Shown: positions 28,188-63,285, counted from the stretch's first letter. The stretch: 64,000 nucleotides of DNA from Amoebidium appalachense (GCA_963693365.1 CAVNZM010000001.1:16487840-16551839), one strand, 5' to 3'. The notes: generated by a model not told the origin, from the sequence alone. A program made the numbers and translations.

Positions 28188-28451
28188 TTACGGTAAGTGG
28201 CCGGACGCTGCGGGACGTCTAGATCTCCGGCTGGGTCCTTTTTGCTGTAATGACCAATCAGATCGCTCAATACCTAATGACCAATCGAAATGCTCACAAG
28301 TTTTAAAGCGATCATTTAATCCCACTGTATAAAAAAGCCAGGCTAGGCGGATCATGTCCTTTTTTTACTAGGAAGCTGGGGTTACGTCATTTTGAACCAA
28401 TCGCCGCTCGTAAAGCCAGATCCGATTACACGCGATCGAACTTTGTCGAAT

Positions 28452-28995
28452 GACTGGTTCGATTCGTGTCAAAAGCCAGATTGCCAGATTGCCAGATTAA
28501 AAACCGCCTCGCCAAAAATGGTTATTCGTCGATCAATCGAATCGGAACGTAAAATTTAAACAAAATTTTAAGGCCAGATTCAATTTGACCCCTCTTCCAG
28601 ATTCCAGAATCTGGCGACCCCCCCCCCCCCTTTCCAGATTGCCAGATTGGCCCTGCGCCTTACGATTGGCCACGCCAGCACCATATAAAGTTCGTATCCA
28701 ATCCTAGGCGTTTTGCCTTATTAGTATAGCTTTTCAAAAATGCATAAAACTTGGTAATAAATGCCCATTTAACAAAATAAAAATTATTTAAATAATATTT
28801 CAAAACTATTATTGTTCATTAAGATAAGCCAAGATATTCTATTACCGCGCAAAATGGCAAGTGCCTTCTTGACCCAAAAAGCTAGATTTTAGCTCTACAA
28901 GAACCGGACCGAAATCTAGCCTTTCTGGAATGCCATCAAAATTCTGGCAATCTGGCAATCTGGCAATCTGGCTTTTCACACGAATCGAACCACTC
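28452..28995. mobile_element. Foldback/MITE-like element with ~47-bp TIRs built on GCCAGATT repeats
   Basis: ga(c/g)tggttcgattcgtgt(c/g)aaaagccagattgccagattgccagatt is inverted at the two ends (2 mismatches); further ccagatt copies inside; AT-rich core; no TSD identified. Confidence 0.72.
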
Positions 28996-29610
28996 TCGCC
29001 TGCGGCAACATACAAGGTATATAGAGTGTACTGATAGTCTTACATCAGATACCCTTACTTGTGCCATCGCAGAGAGACAGCACTCAAAGTGACTATAGCT
29101 AGAATACGCTGCCACCGTGCGCTACAGCCTGACTCAGCCCCAGAAATGGCGCGCTGCCAGGCTGGGTCTAGGTTATCCAATCAATCTCCGCTTAGCCGCC
29201 TTTTCGGCCTTGCCAAGCACCAACTGGCCCCGAGGCACATTTTTGTAGGCTAGCTAGCTCTAGTAAACATGAATGCACGTTTATGAGGGAAAACATATAA
29301 GCTGCAGACATGGTATGTTTGCAAACTATCAAAGGATAAAGCTTGCAGCAAGCATGGAATATGTGGTGTGGCACAGACATGCAGGGAATATGTAGAATTG
29401 GTTGGCCATCAATTCAAAGAGCCTCGGAATGTTGTATTTAGGAGGCCTTGCTCGGAATTCGAACACCTTGAAGGTGGCAGGCAGTTCATGTGTGTGTGGG
29501 TGTCTGCACTGCACCAGATTGTGTGTATGCGTGCGTGTGTGCGTTCTGCATGTGTGCCAGATTGTGTGTATGCGTGCGTGTGTGCGTGTGTGCGCGTGCG
29601 TTTCTGTCCG

Positions 29611-29701
29611 AGAGAGGGAGAGAGAGATCTAGATAGAGAGATCTAGAGAGATCTAGAGATCTAGAGAGAGATCTAGAGATCTAGAGAGAGATCTAGAGAT
29701 C

Positions 29702-29740
<39 letters not shown>

Positions 29741-29757
29741 AGAGATCTAGAGAGATC

Positions 29758-29853
<96 letters not shown>

Positions 29854-29886
29854 GAGGAGACCTAGAGAGAGAAAGAGAGAGCCTCG

Positions 29887-29963
<77 letters not shown>

Positions 29964-29966
29964 TCT

Positions 29967-30003
<37 letters not shown>

Positions 30004-30085
30004 TCTAGAGAGAGAGAGATCTAGAGACTGAGAGATCTAGAGATCTAGAGATCTAGAGATCTAGAGATCTAGAGATCTAGAGATC

Positions 30086-30148
<63 letters not shown>
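29611..30148. repeat. Compound (GA)n/(GAGATCTA)n microsatellite
   Basis: (GA)n tract interrupted by many agatctag units, tandem near 30030-30090. Confidence 0.9.
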
Positions 30149-30150
<2 letters not shown>

Positions 30151-30208
30151 TGTGTGTGTGTGTGACACTGTGTGTGTGTCAGTTGTCCTGTCTGGAAGTT
30201 CACCAGGT

Positions 30209-30923
30209 TGTCGTATCCTAATGTATGTGTACTAGAGACGCGGCACTCTACTAAGTGTACACACACGAAAAGGAACGAACGTGTACAGAAAAACGGTAAA
30301 GTTTATTAAGACCAGGCTCCGACGGGCAAACTTAGATCCGTACGGATTGAGTCTAAGTTACGACTGAGGCCATCAAGGCCGTGCCCTACAAGATCATCAT
30401 CACCTGACCCCCTACGATGCCACATTCCATTAACATTCCGATCTACTTTTATCGTGCGCCTGCACGAGCTAAGTCGATCTACTCAACTAATATATGTATC
30501 CAAGTCTCACCCCTCACCCTCCCCCTAGTGGCACCGCAGAGTCTAAATCTACATTTCATACTATCCTCCCCCCCCCTCCCTCCCCCCCTTTCCTCTACAT
30601 CTACATATATAAATACGTTTGGCAACATATACTATCAAACCTTGCCAATCCTTACAAAAGGGCTTCTGCCCGAACAATCACATTCCTAAGTCCTCCTACG
30701 ATCTATCCTACACACTAATTAGAATTCTATTGGACGGCTGTCCCGGCTGACGTGGTCCAATGCCCTGCGCCGGCAGAGGCAAGATGCACGCAGCTGTTCA
30801 GCTATCTTGAGGCCCCGGACTTGATCTTGATGATCTGTGGACCCGGGCCACCCCCCCCCCCCCCCCCCCCCGATCTCGATCGTAGACTTAGGCTAATCTG
30901 CTGAGACGGATTAGTATATGTCA
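30209..30923 (-). repeat. 3' LTR (715 bp)
   Basis: tgtcgtatcc..agtatatgtca; by eye, matches 37874-38587 except for three homopolymer lengths; AATAAA on the minus strand at ~30302-30307. Confidence 0.96.
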
Positions 30924-30942
30924 ACTCCCCCCCCGGCCCCCG
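30924..30942 (-). other. Polypurine tract (plus-strand primer)
   Basis: G-rich tract on the minus strand ([24 protein letters not shown]) immediately before the TG of the 3' LTR. Confidence 0.7.
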
Positions 30943-31128
30943 GAAAAGCTGAGTCCCACCTCAGTCACATTACATCTAACACCCCCTAAAAAGACATAGA
31001 CTAATCAGTCTCCTAAAAAAAAATTAAATTAAATAAATTACGAAAAAAAAATAATAAATTAATCTACACCATAAGCTTGATACCTACGGAGACACCTATG
31101 ATAATAAATTAAATTCCTACGACTACGT

Positions 31129-34100
31129 TCACGTGTCACTCCCCCTCGGTCTCCTCCCCCCCTCCCCCTCCCCCCGTGTGTCTACGTGTATTTGCATCAC
31201 TCCCCCCCCGGCCCCCTCCCCCACCGACTTTTTCACACCACGATTAAACTGAGGAATAACTCTCTTCGGCCTAGAGGGAGCACTAGGCAACTCCCTCTGC
31301 ACTAATCTAGCCTCATAAGCACGAATAGAAAACGGGCAATCCAAATGAAACTCAGGCAACCACTGATCTTCCTGATAACCTCCCTCAAAACGAATTAAAT
31401 AATAATTTACCTTACCTTCCTTACCTTCGATAACCTTTTTATCCATAATTTTATCTACTGCAGCCTCCGATACATCCACCGACCCGTCATAGTCGGGGGT
31501 GAATGCATCTAACACTCGACGGCCCTCCGGCCGTTTTACCCTAAGGGCCCTATCATAATATTCCTTTATATCATCTACATTATAAAATCTAACATCACTC
31601 TCATTATCTAACCTCTGCACCTTATATTCCGTCGGACCTAACCTAGCCACTATTTTATACGGGCCAATGAAAAGAGGCAACCATTTCTTACCATACTTAC
31701 GAAGACCTTCACCTTCACCCTTACCTTCCTGCTCCTGCTTATATCTCTTTTTCCTAGTATGATCCCTAATTAAAACTAAAGTACCCTCGGCAAATTCACG
31801 TAACGGACGTGTGGACACGTCTGTACGTGCCTGTGCCTGCTGTGTACGGGCCAGAGCTGCATCACGTGCAGCCCGGGCCCGGGTTAGTAGCTGCTCCCGG
31901 AACTCAGTCCAGTGGGGATAGGTTAGTCGGTCAGCCCCCCCCATCGGCAAAAGTGCCGTATCTAACAAACTAATAGCCTCCTGCCCATAGACCAAATAAA
32001 ACGGAGAAAAACCAGTCACTGCATGAGGGGTAGAATTATACGAATGAGCAATAAACCTAGACATATGATCCCAATCATTAGCCTCCACATCCACCATTTT
32101 GCCAAAGGACTTCTGAAACACTGCATGCACACGTTCAGAGATGGCATTTGCTTGAGGGTGATATGCAGACGTAGTGATATGAGCTACCCTTAAAATTTTA
32201 CACACCTCCGACAACAACTGATTTAAAAACACACGACTCCTATCCGTTAACAAAACACGAGGACAACCAAACCTAAGACAAATTTCATCCACAAAAATAC
32301 GAGCAAACAAAACGGCATTAGCAGTGGGGAGAGGAAAAACTTCAACCCAACGAGTGGCCACATCGGTGACGGTAACAAGAACAGTGTTACCCTCAACCGT
32401 AGAATTAAAAGGACCGACCACATCCACTGCTACCCTTTCAAACATACGAACATTAAAATCCCTAATAAACGACGGGCGGGAACGAGAGTGGGGACTCTCA
32501 TTCCGTTCCTGACAATGCATGCATGACAACACATAATCCCTCACCTCCCTACTCATACCCGGCCAAAAATACGAACGATTAACACGAAGCAACGTCCTAT
32601 TTACACCTAAATGACCAGCCATGGGATGCTCATGCACCATATGCAAAACCTCAGGCACAAGTGCCGTCGGGACCCAAACTCGGTGTCCGTCTGGCCCAGA
32701 ACAATGATAAACTAAATCCTGCTCTACCTGACACATTTTTGCTAACTTAGCTACCTTAATCATCTGCCTTTTATTTTTAAATTTAATCGAATCAACCGGC
32801 CCCTTTAAATAATTCTTAACCAGACCAATCAACACATCTTCCTCCTGAGCTAAGATCAAAGCCGTAGGTGCTAAGGCAGGGGCCGAGCCATGAGACTCGG
32901 TCCCGACCTCAGACACTGACAAATACCTCCCCCCCCCCCCTCCCCTACACTTATAAGCAAGCAACCCCGGAGCCCAAGAAGAAACATCAACAGACACAGC
33001 ATCTATTCCTTTCTGCTCACTCTCCCCCCCTTCCCCCCTCCCCCCCCGTCTCTCACTAGCCCCCCCCTCCCCCTCCTTCTCTTCTTCAAACAAAATATAA
33101 GCAGCACGAGAGAGAGCATCACAGTCAACCATTGTTTCACCCTTGGCATAAAACAATTTATAGGAGAACTCACCGAGAGCCGCGGCCCACTTCTGCATCC
33201 TCTCGTTGACCAGACGAGTGGTGCCGGCCATGGCTAGGCAGGGCTTGTGGTCGGTGTAGACCTCAAACGTCCTGCCTGCGAGTATATACCTCCATGCCTG
33301 TGAGACTGCCCAAAAGATAGCATGGGACTCTCTCTCTGGATTGCTATATCTACGTTCACTTTTACTAAATGAACGACTAGCATAAGCAATCACCCTATCC
33401 TGCCCCTCCTGCACTTGATATAACACGGCCCCTTCAGCAACCTTACTTGCATCACACCGAACTTTAAACATCCCCCCCCCGGCCGAAAAATCAGGATGAA
33501 CAAGCATACTCGAAGACTGCAAAGCTAACTTAAGCTTTTCGAAAGCAGAAACAGCATCAACATTCCAATCTATTCTATTCTTCTTCTCCCCCCCCGTCTG
33601 ACTAGTTAACGGCAAAGCAAGCATACTATAATCCTTAATATAACGACGAAGATAATTAGTTAAACCTAAAAATTGCCTTAGTTGAGTGACAGTCTGAGGA
33701 CGGGGCCACTCAACTATGGCCCGGATTTTCTCCGGATCAGGGGAAAGACCATTACTAGACACAATATGACCTAAAAACTTAACCTCCGGCACACCAATCA
33801 CAATCTTGCTACCGCTAATGCGAAGACCAGACTCACCCAAAGCTAAAAATACTTTTTCACAATTATTAACTAGCTCCTCAAATGACCTACCTTTAATTAA
33901 AACATCATCCAAATAAGGGTGGCATACATCCAAATGAGGGTGCCACTGGAGAATTTTATACATTACCCGGCACAACATAGCTGGAGAGGAGAGCAAACCC
34001 ATCGGCACCACCTTGTACTGGAACAGCTGGTCACCCAGTGCAAAGGCAGTCTTCTCCTTGCTGCTCTCCTCCAACCTTATCTGCCAAAAAGCTGCTTTTA

Positions 34101-35811
34101 AATCAAGTTTAGCAAAGTGAGTATAGCCGTGCAGCTGTGAAAGCTGCTCGTCTATGTTAGGGAGAGGCCATTGGTCTGCCTTAGTGATCCGATTCAGAGC
34201 CCTGTAATCGTTCACTAGACGCCAAGACCCGTCGGGCTTCTTAACCAATAGCACCGGACTTCTCCACGGACTCGAACTATGCTCCACATGACCCTTTTTT
34301 AACATATCACTCACTATTATTAGCGCATCCGACAATTTATACTGCTCCATTCTATAGCTAGGCATCACTACCGGCCTATTATCACCTGTGTCGATCTGCA
34401 TTTCAAACCCTTTAACGAAGCCTACTTCGTTATCATCGGCCAGAAATGCAAACCGAGTCCTATCAAATAACTTAGCTAGCAATTTTTTCTGTTCTACCGT
34501 CCAATCCCCCTCCTTCATACCAAACGGCAATACTAACTCCGGGTTACCCCCATCACAAGTGGATGCATCCTTATTCACCGGAGTGCCACTTAACATTTCA
34601 CCTCCTGTATTACATCGGTGCTGCTCGGGGTGAGGTTGAGGTACCTCCGGATATAGGCGGTCACCCTTAGCACCCCCCCCTCCCCCCGGCACACCAATGC
34701 CCCCGGGCAATTCCTGATGAGTTAGTGCATGTATGTGGGGGGCCAGGTCTGTGGCCACCCTGCCCCCCACGGTGTTGGTTAACCCGTCAGATCCACGGGT
34801 TAGACCAACACCCTCCCCCCCTGCCTGCACATTCTCACACCCGGGGTGACCCTCCTTCCTCTTGGGGGTCGGGGGAGTGGGACCGGTGCTGTCCCGGTCC
34901 CCCCCCCCATCGTGTCGGGTGACATTTTGGTGGCTAACGTTAAATAAAGTTGTTCCCCCTCCTCCTGAGTCACCCTTCGAGCCGGCATCCTCCTTTTGGG
35001 TAATAAGAGAGACCTCTATACTACCAATCTCATTAGTGAAACTACCGACGGAAACACCTGACCTAATCACTATAGGCTCGATGCCCGGATTCACTAATTC
35101 TATTTCTATTGTCTTATCCGGCCATACCCTACTAAGGGTCCATTGGGCCACCTCCTGAAATGGGGTTTTCGGAGTAAAAACCCCTAAATCCCCTATCCTA
35201 ACATGATTGCCGGCCCGGACACGTACCGTTTGGCACTGATAAGGCTCGATTACTACTTCAGCTACCGTCACGGTTCTAGCACCAGACTGATAACCGTCGA
35301 GCCCATCATGGGTTTTAATTTTAACGCCGGACTGCAATTCTAAAACATTCGTACGTTCAAACAAAGCATTCACATGTCTACGGAAAAATGGGGCTCCCAA
35401 CAAAACACTTTGAGCTAAATCCTTAACCACATAACAAGCAATATGCATAGCCTGGCCACCTATCTCACACGGCAACACACAAACACCTTCCACAGACATA
35501 CTACTATTATTAGCACTACCCAAGGCTGTGCTAGAAGCATCTAAAATAGGAATTTCCCCCCCGGCCTGATTAAAACGACGAATAAACGAAGCATGCACAC
35601 AATTAACCTGAGCCCCTCCATCGAGCAAAGCAACAGCCTTCAACTTACCATCAGCTAACCATACGTCTATATAATGCCGGCTAAAACCAACTAAACTTTT
35701 TGAATCCTCCTCCAATTCAAGCAACACATCATCACTCACACCCAATCCCTGCCCACGAAGACTCACACCCTCGATACCTACGTGCAGCATACCTACCTGT
35801 GGTGCCTGCAC
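31129..35811 (-). CDS. pol: Pol polyprotein: aspartic protease, reverse transcriptase, RNase H, integrase, chromodomain
   Basis: Uninterrupted 1560-codon ORF: LLDGGAQVN (PR), SPWRSPVLLVKKPDGSWRLVNDYRALN and YLDD (RT), CDAS..YASR..ERE..VYTDHKP (RH), HEHPMAGH..CMHC, AVDVVGP..LTDR..AYHPQANAISER (IN), IGPYKI (GPY/F), VDKIMDKK..YYLIRFEG..DQWLPE (chromodomain). The true start or junction with gag is unresolved. Confidence 0.96.
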   Translation of the reverse strand: MQAPQVGMLHVGIEGVSLRGQGLGVSDDVLLELEEDSKSLVGFSRHYIDVWLADGKLKAVALLDGGAQVNCVHASFIRRFNQAGGEIPILDASSTALGSANNSSMSVEGVCVLPCEIGGQAMHIACYVVKDLAQSVLLGAPFFRRHVNALFERTNVLELQSGVKIKTHDGLDGYQSGARTVTVAEVVIEPYQCQTVRVRAGNHVRIGDLGVFTPKTPFQEVAQWTLSRVWPDKTIEIELVNPGIEPIVIRSGVSVGSFTNEIGSIEVSLITQKEDAGSKGDSGGGGTTLFNVSHQNVTRHDGGGDRDSTGPTPPTPKRKEGHPGCENVQAGGEGVGLTRGSDGLTNTVGGRVATDLAPHIHALTHQELPGGIGVPGGGGGAKGDRLYPEVPQPHPEQHRCNTGGEMLSGTPVNKDASTCDGGNPELVLPFGMKEGDWTVEQKKLLAKLFDRTRFAFLADDNEVGFVKGFEMQIDTGDNRPVVMPSYRMEQYKLSDALIIVSDMLKKGHVEHSSSPWRSPVLLVKKPDGSWRLVNDYRALNRITKADQWPLPNIDEQLSQLHGYTHFAKLDLKAAFWQIRLEESSKEKTAFALGDQLFQYKVVPMGLLSSPAMLCRVMYKILQWHPHLDVCHPYLDDVLIKGRSFEELVNNCEKVFLALGESGLRISGSKIVIGVPEVKFLGHIVSSNGLSPDPEKIRAIVEWPRPQTVTQLRQFLGLTNYLRRYIKDYSMLALPLTSQTGGEKKNRIDWNVDAVSAFEKLKLALQSSSMLVHPDFSAGGGMFKVRCDASKVAEGAVLYQVQEGQDRVIAYASRSFSKSERRYSNPERESHAIFWAVSQAWRYILAGRTFEVYTDHKPCLAMAGTTRLVNERMQKWAAALGEFSYKLFYAKGETMVDCDALSRAAYILFEEEKEGEGGASERRGGRGEGGESEQKGIDAVSVDVSSWAPGLLAYKCRGGGGGRYLSVSEVGTESHGSAPALAPTALILAQEEDVLIGLVKNYLKGPVDSIKFKNKRQMIKVAKLAKMCQVEQDLVYHCSGPDGHRVWVPTALVPEVLHMVHEHPMAGHLGVNRTLLRVNRSYFWPGMSREVRDYVLSCMHCQERNESPHSRSRPSFIRDFNVRMFERVAVDVVGPFNSTVEGNTVLVTVTDVATRWVEVFPLPTANAVLFARIFVDEICLRFGCPRVLLTDRSRVFLNQLLSEVCKILRVAHITTSAYHPQANAISERVHAVFQKSFGKMVDVEANDWDHMSRFIAHSYNSTPHAVTGFSPFYLVYGQEAISLLDTALLPMGGADRLTYPHWTEFREQLLTRARAARDAALARTQQAQARTDVSTRPLREFAEGTLVLIRDHTRKKRYKQEQEGKGEGEGLRKYGKKWLPLFIGPYKIVARLGPTEYKVQRLDNESDVRFYNVDDIKEYYDRALRVKRPEGRRVLDAFTPDYDGSVDVSEAAVDKIMDKKVIEGKEGKVNYYLIRFEGGYQEDQWLPEFHLDCPFSIRAYEARLVQRELPSAPSRPKRVIPQFNRGVKKSVGEGAGGGVMQIHVDTRGEGEGGRRPRGSDT

Positions 35812-36373
35812 GGGTGGGGTGGGGTGTGTATGTGATGTGGGTGGTGGTGGAGTGTGTGTGTGTGATGTGTGGGTGGGTGGTGTGTGTGTGTTTGGTGTAT
35901 GTGTGGGTGTGTGTGTGGGTGTAGGTGTGTCTGCAACCGTCGTATTGTGTTGTGGTGGTGTGTTTCTACGTGTCTGTGCCTTCCCCCCCTTCCCCCTTTA
36001 CTCGTGTGTGTCCCCCCCCTTCCCGGAAACAATGGCACAGAAACCCCCTCCGGTGTGGTTAGAATAAACACCGGGTTGGGACAAGAAACACTGAGACCAT
36101 CCACTTGTGGCTGGGGAACCTCCCCCAACCACAAAACATTCACACCATTCATACCTTTGGTAGAGTCACCCCACAAACATTCATGCCATACCACCTCGAC
36201 GCTGTCTTGAGGACCCACGACGATGCCCGGCTCCCACACGTATCGGGGCGGTGAGGGGGCAAAGGGAAGCTTAACCTGGGGTGGGGGAGGGTGAAGGTTC
36301 TCTGCAACCTGGGGGGGACCGATACTGTCCCCCCCCCTCCCTCAGTGACCCCAGCTTCCCCCTCCCCCGGAAC

Positions 36374-37709
36374 TCAATAGCTCTTGTAACTACGGCAATA
36401 TGCAGCAGAGTGCCCTTGCCGGCCACAAAAGTAACATGCACCAAAGAAGGGGCCAGGGGGGACTTCGAAACCTTGGCGCAAAGCATAACCGGGAGCCCGG
36501 TCATGCTGGGGGGGCCCACCGTGTGCACCACGGCCCCCCCTTCCCCCCCTGCCCCCCTCGGCCTCTCTCACCACCATTTCCACCCCTCCCTCTACCCTGC
36601 CCACCACCACGAGCAAGATAAGGGGCAAACCTCTCGGTGAACTGCTGCTGTTGTCCTCCACGTCCACCTCGGCCACGACCGCCGTGTCCACCCCGGTCGC
36701 CGCCACGGCCACCCCGGAAGCCGAAGCCCCCTCGGCCAGAGAAGACGGCCTGGGAGAGCTCGGCAACCTGCTTGACCAACATGGTGAGTGCATCTGGCTG
36801 TTCACCCTCTTTTTTCTCTTTTTCCCCCTTCTGTCCACTCTCCTTCTTTTTCTTGTCTACTTCCATCACCTCCTTTTTATCCCTCTTATTGAACTTCACC
36901 TCGTGCATGGCAAGCAAGTGACGTTTAACATGCAACACCACCTCATCTACATCATCATGCTCCCCAAACATGCGTGCAGTGTCTGTGTTTACAGAGAGAG
37001 CCTTACGAGCAAACTCGAATTTTTCCCTATCACTCACATCACCAGCTAACTCACAAAGGTCTTCAAAGACCCGATATTCCCTCTCAAAGAATGCACGAGC
37101 TTCTACGGGGGACATATCTAAAGTGGGAAAGGTATACTTCCATTCTCTGAGCTGGGCCCGGAAGGTACGGCGCCGGTCGGCCGTCAGGTATCGGCCGACG
37201 AGCCGGGCCGTATACTCGAGCTCGTTTTCCGGCCGTGTGAAGGCCTCGAGCTCCCCGTCCACGTCGTCGGTGCTGTTCTCGTCCTCGTCGTCGGGGATGA
37301 ATTGTGCGGCCAGACGTTTCTGGCCGAGTGTCCGGGACACCATCTCGTCCCTCCCCTCGTCGTACTGCTGCTCGTATATACGAGCCGTCACCTGGGGGGC
37401 CTGCTCGGCCCGGTACGGGTGCTCCTCCATCAGGGTGCATAAGTCGGCCATTGTTTTGTGGTCGATGCACTGTTTGATCATTAAGCACGAGGCCGCCACA
37501 GTGGGGGCCTTCTTTGTGTCTAACACTAGTGTGGGTGTGTTAGCTAGGAGTGTCCTAAGCCACCTAGGGATTTCCGAGTCGTGTTTGAGTGTAAAACTGA
37601 AAGCTGTGGTCTGTCTAACGTCTAGTGTATGAACCTGTGGTACCTGTGTGTGCAGGGAGCTATCCTCCGCTGCCAAAGCGTAGAACATGTCTACGTTAAA
37701 CTTAGCCAT
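36374..37709 (-). CDS. gag: Gag (capsid-like region, RGG-rich region, CCHC zinc knuckle) with a 1-nt frameshift in a G-run near 36535
   Basis: ATG 37709 (MAKFNVDMF..) downstream of the 5' LTR; RGG repeats; CYFCGRQGHSAAYC lies in the adjacent frame ending at TGA 36374. Removing one G from the G7 run at 36534-36540 joins the two frames. Confidence 0.85.
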
Positions 37710-37747
37710 TGTGTGGTGTGTGCCCGAACTCGTGTGGTTGTGTTTAT

Positions 37748-37787
<40 letters not shown>

Positions 37788-37873
37788 TGTGTTTGAGGTG
37801 TAGCAACAGCCCAGAAGGAACTGTCACCGCGTTACCCTAGCGCGAAAAACCGCACTAAAAGAAAGGTGTAGCT

Positions 37874-38587
37874 TGTCGTATCCTAATGTATGTGTACTAG
37901 AGACGCGGCACTCTACTAAGTGTACACACACGAAAAGGAACGAACGTGTACAGAAAAACGGTAAAGTTTATTAAGACCAGGCTCCGACGGGCAAACTTAG
38001 ATCCGTACGGATTGAGTCTAAGTTACGACTGAGGCCATCAAGGCCGTGCCCTACAAGATCATCATCACCTGACCCCCTACGATGCCACATTCCATTAACA
38101 TTCCGATCTACTTTTATCGTGCGCCTGCACGAGCTAAGTCGATCTACTCAACTAATATATGTATCCAAGTCTCACCCCTCACCCTCCCCCTAGTGGCACC
38201 GCAGAGTCTAAATCTACATTTCATACTATCCTCCCCCCCCTCCCTCCCCCCTTTCCTCTACATCTACATATATAAATACGTTTGGCAACATATACTATCA
38301 AACCTTGCCAATCCTTACAAAAGGGCTTCTGCCCGAACAATCACATTCCTAAGTCCTCCTACGATCTATCCTACACACTAATTAGAATTCTATTGGACGG
38401 CTGTCCCGGCTGACGTGGTCCAATGCCCTGCGCCGGCAGAGGCAAGATGCACGCAGCTGTTCAGCTATCTTGAGGCCCCGGACTTGATCTTGATGATCTG
38501 TGGACCCGGGCCACCCCCCCCCCCCCCCCCCCCCCGATCTCGATCGTAGACTTAGGCTAATCTGCTGAGACGGATTAGTATATGTCA
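37874..38587 (-). repeat. 5' LTR (714 bp)
   Basis: Direct repeat of 30209-30923, followed by TSD caggt. Confidence 0.96.
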
Positions 38588-38722
38588 CAGGTGACTGACA
38601 TTGTGTGTGTTTGTGTAAGTTGCCGGGTGCTTTAGAGTGTGTTGCCATATGTGTGTGTATATTTCGTGTGTGGTGGTGGTGGTGGTGGTGTGTGTGTATG
38701 TGTGTGTGCGTGTGTAGTGTGT

Positions 38723-38786
<64 letters not shown>

Positions 38787-39882
38787 TGCGTGTGTGTGCG
38801 TGTGTGCATGTGTGACGTGTGTGTGCATCTGGCGTGGTCACGTGTGTGTTGTGCGTGTGTGTGTGCGTGTGTGTGTGGGTACTTGTATTAAGTTGTTTTA
38901 AGCTGTCGTGTGTGTGTGTGTGTGCGTGTGTGCGCGCGCACGTGCCGACGTGACATTGTGCATGTGCGTTTATGTCACAGAGACTGTGTGACACCGTGCG
39001 CGAGTGTGCGTGTGTGTGATGTGAGCGTTCTTGCTTCTGTGCGTGTGTACATGTAGATGTCACAGTGTGTGCGCACGTGCATGTGTGCACATGTGTATAA
39101 GCACACCCACACACGTGCATGTGACGAAATTCGTTAGTGTGGGGGTGTGTGTGTACACGCGCGCGCGCGTGTGTGTGTGCTTGTGTGTACGTGTGCATGC
39201 TAACCAAGCCCTGCATGATTGTGGACGTGGGTGTGTGGCTTATCCATCTCAATGATTGGGGAAAATGCTGAAACACTCTATACGTTCGTACTTTAATCAA
39301 TTGAAGTATTATAATCAAATCAATGCTTCTTATTCAGCTCGAAAGGACAACATTCAGTATCACATTCACTCCGCATTCCACACTCAACAGCACAATACTT
39401 GATCATTTCACTACTTTCTTCTATACAAACATCACATTCAATACAAAGCTGGCCGTTTCTGCCTGCAGGAATTTTAAGGTTTTGAACTACAGTGCACACT
39501 TCACAATAACATTCATTTGTACAACAACCTATTTATAACACTGTAAGAGGAGAGAACCCGGTTCAACAAAACATCAGGGAGCATAAATATTGAGGACTCT
39601 AAAGCTTCATGTTCCTACACAAGATTTCCTCCCCCACCTTCTCCCGAAAGTTCCGACGCCGACCTAGGGGCCCACTAGCCTCCCCCCCCCCCCCCCCCCC
39701 CCCCCACAAAAGCAAGTATTCATAAGATACCACCGCTGTTGAGACTAACCTTTGCTTGCAACCTAGACACTCCACCATCTCGACCTTTATAAAAACCTAA
39801 AGACCTCGACTCCCTCACAACCTTCCTTTTGCATCATCCCCCCCCCCCCCCCTCCCCCCCTTTCCTTCTCTCGGATGCTACC

Positions 39883-63279
<23,397 letters not shown>

Positions 63280-63285
63280 CTGAGC

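Larger units (their letters stand above)
30209..38587 (-). mobile_element. Full-length Ty3/Gypsy LTR retrotransposon with chromodomain (chromovirus-like), 8379 bp
   Basis: Two TG..CA LTRs, 5-bp TSD CAGGT (30204-30208 and 38588-38592), PPT next to the 3' LTR, gag followed by PR-RT-RH-IN-chromodomain. Confidence 0.97.

Noticed and set aside
36970-37632. 220-aa antisense ORF inside gag
   Set aside because: Ser-rich shadow of the gag codons with no recognisable motif.
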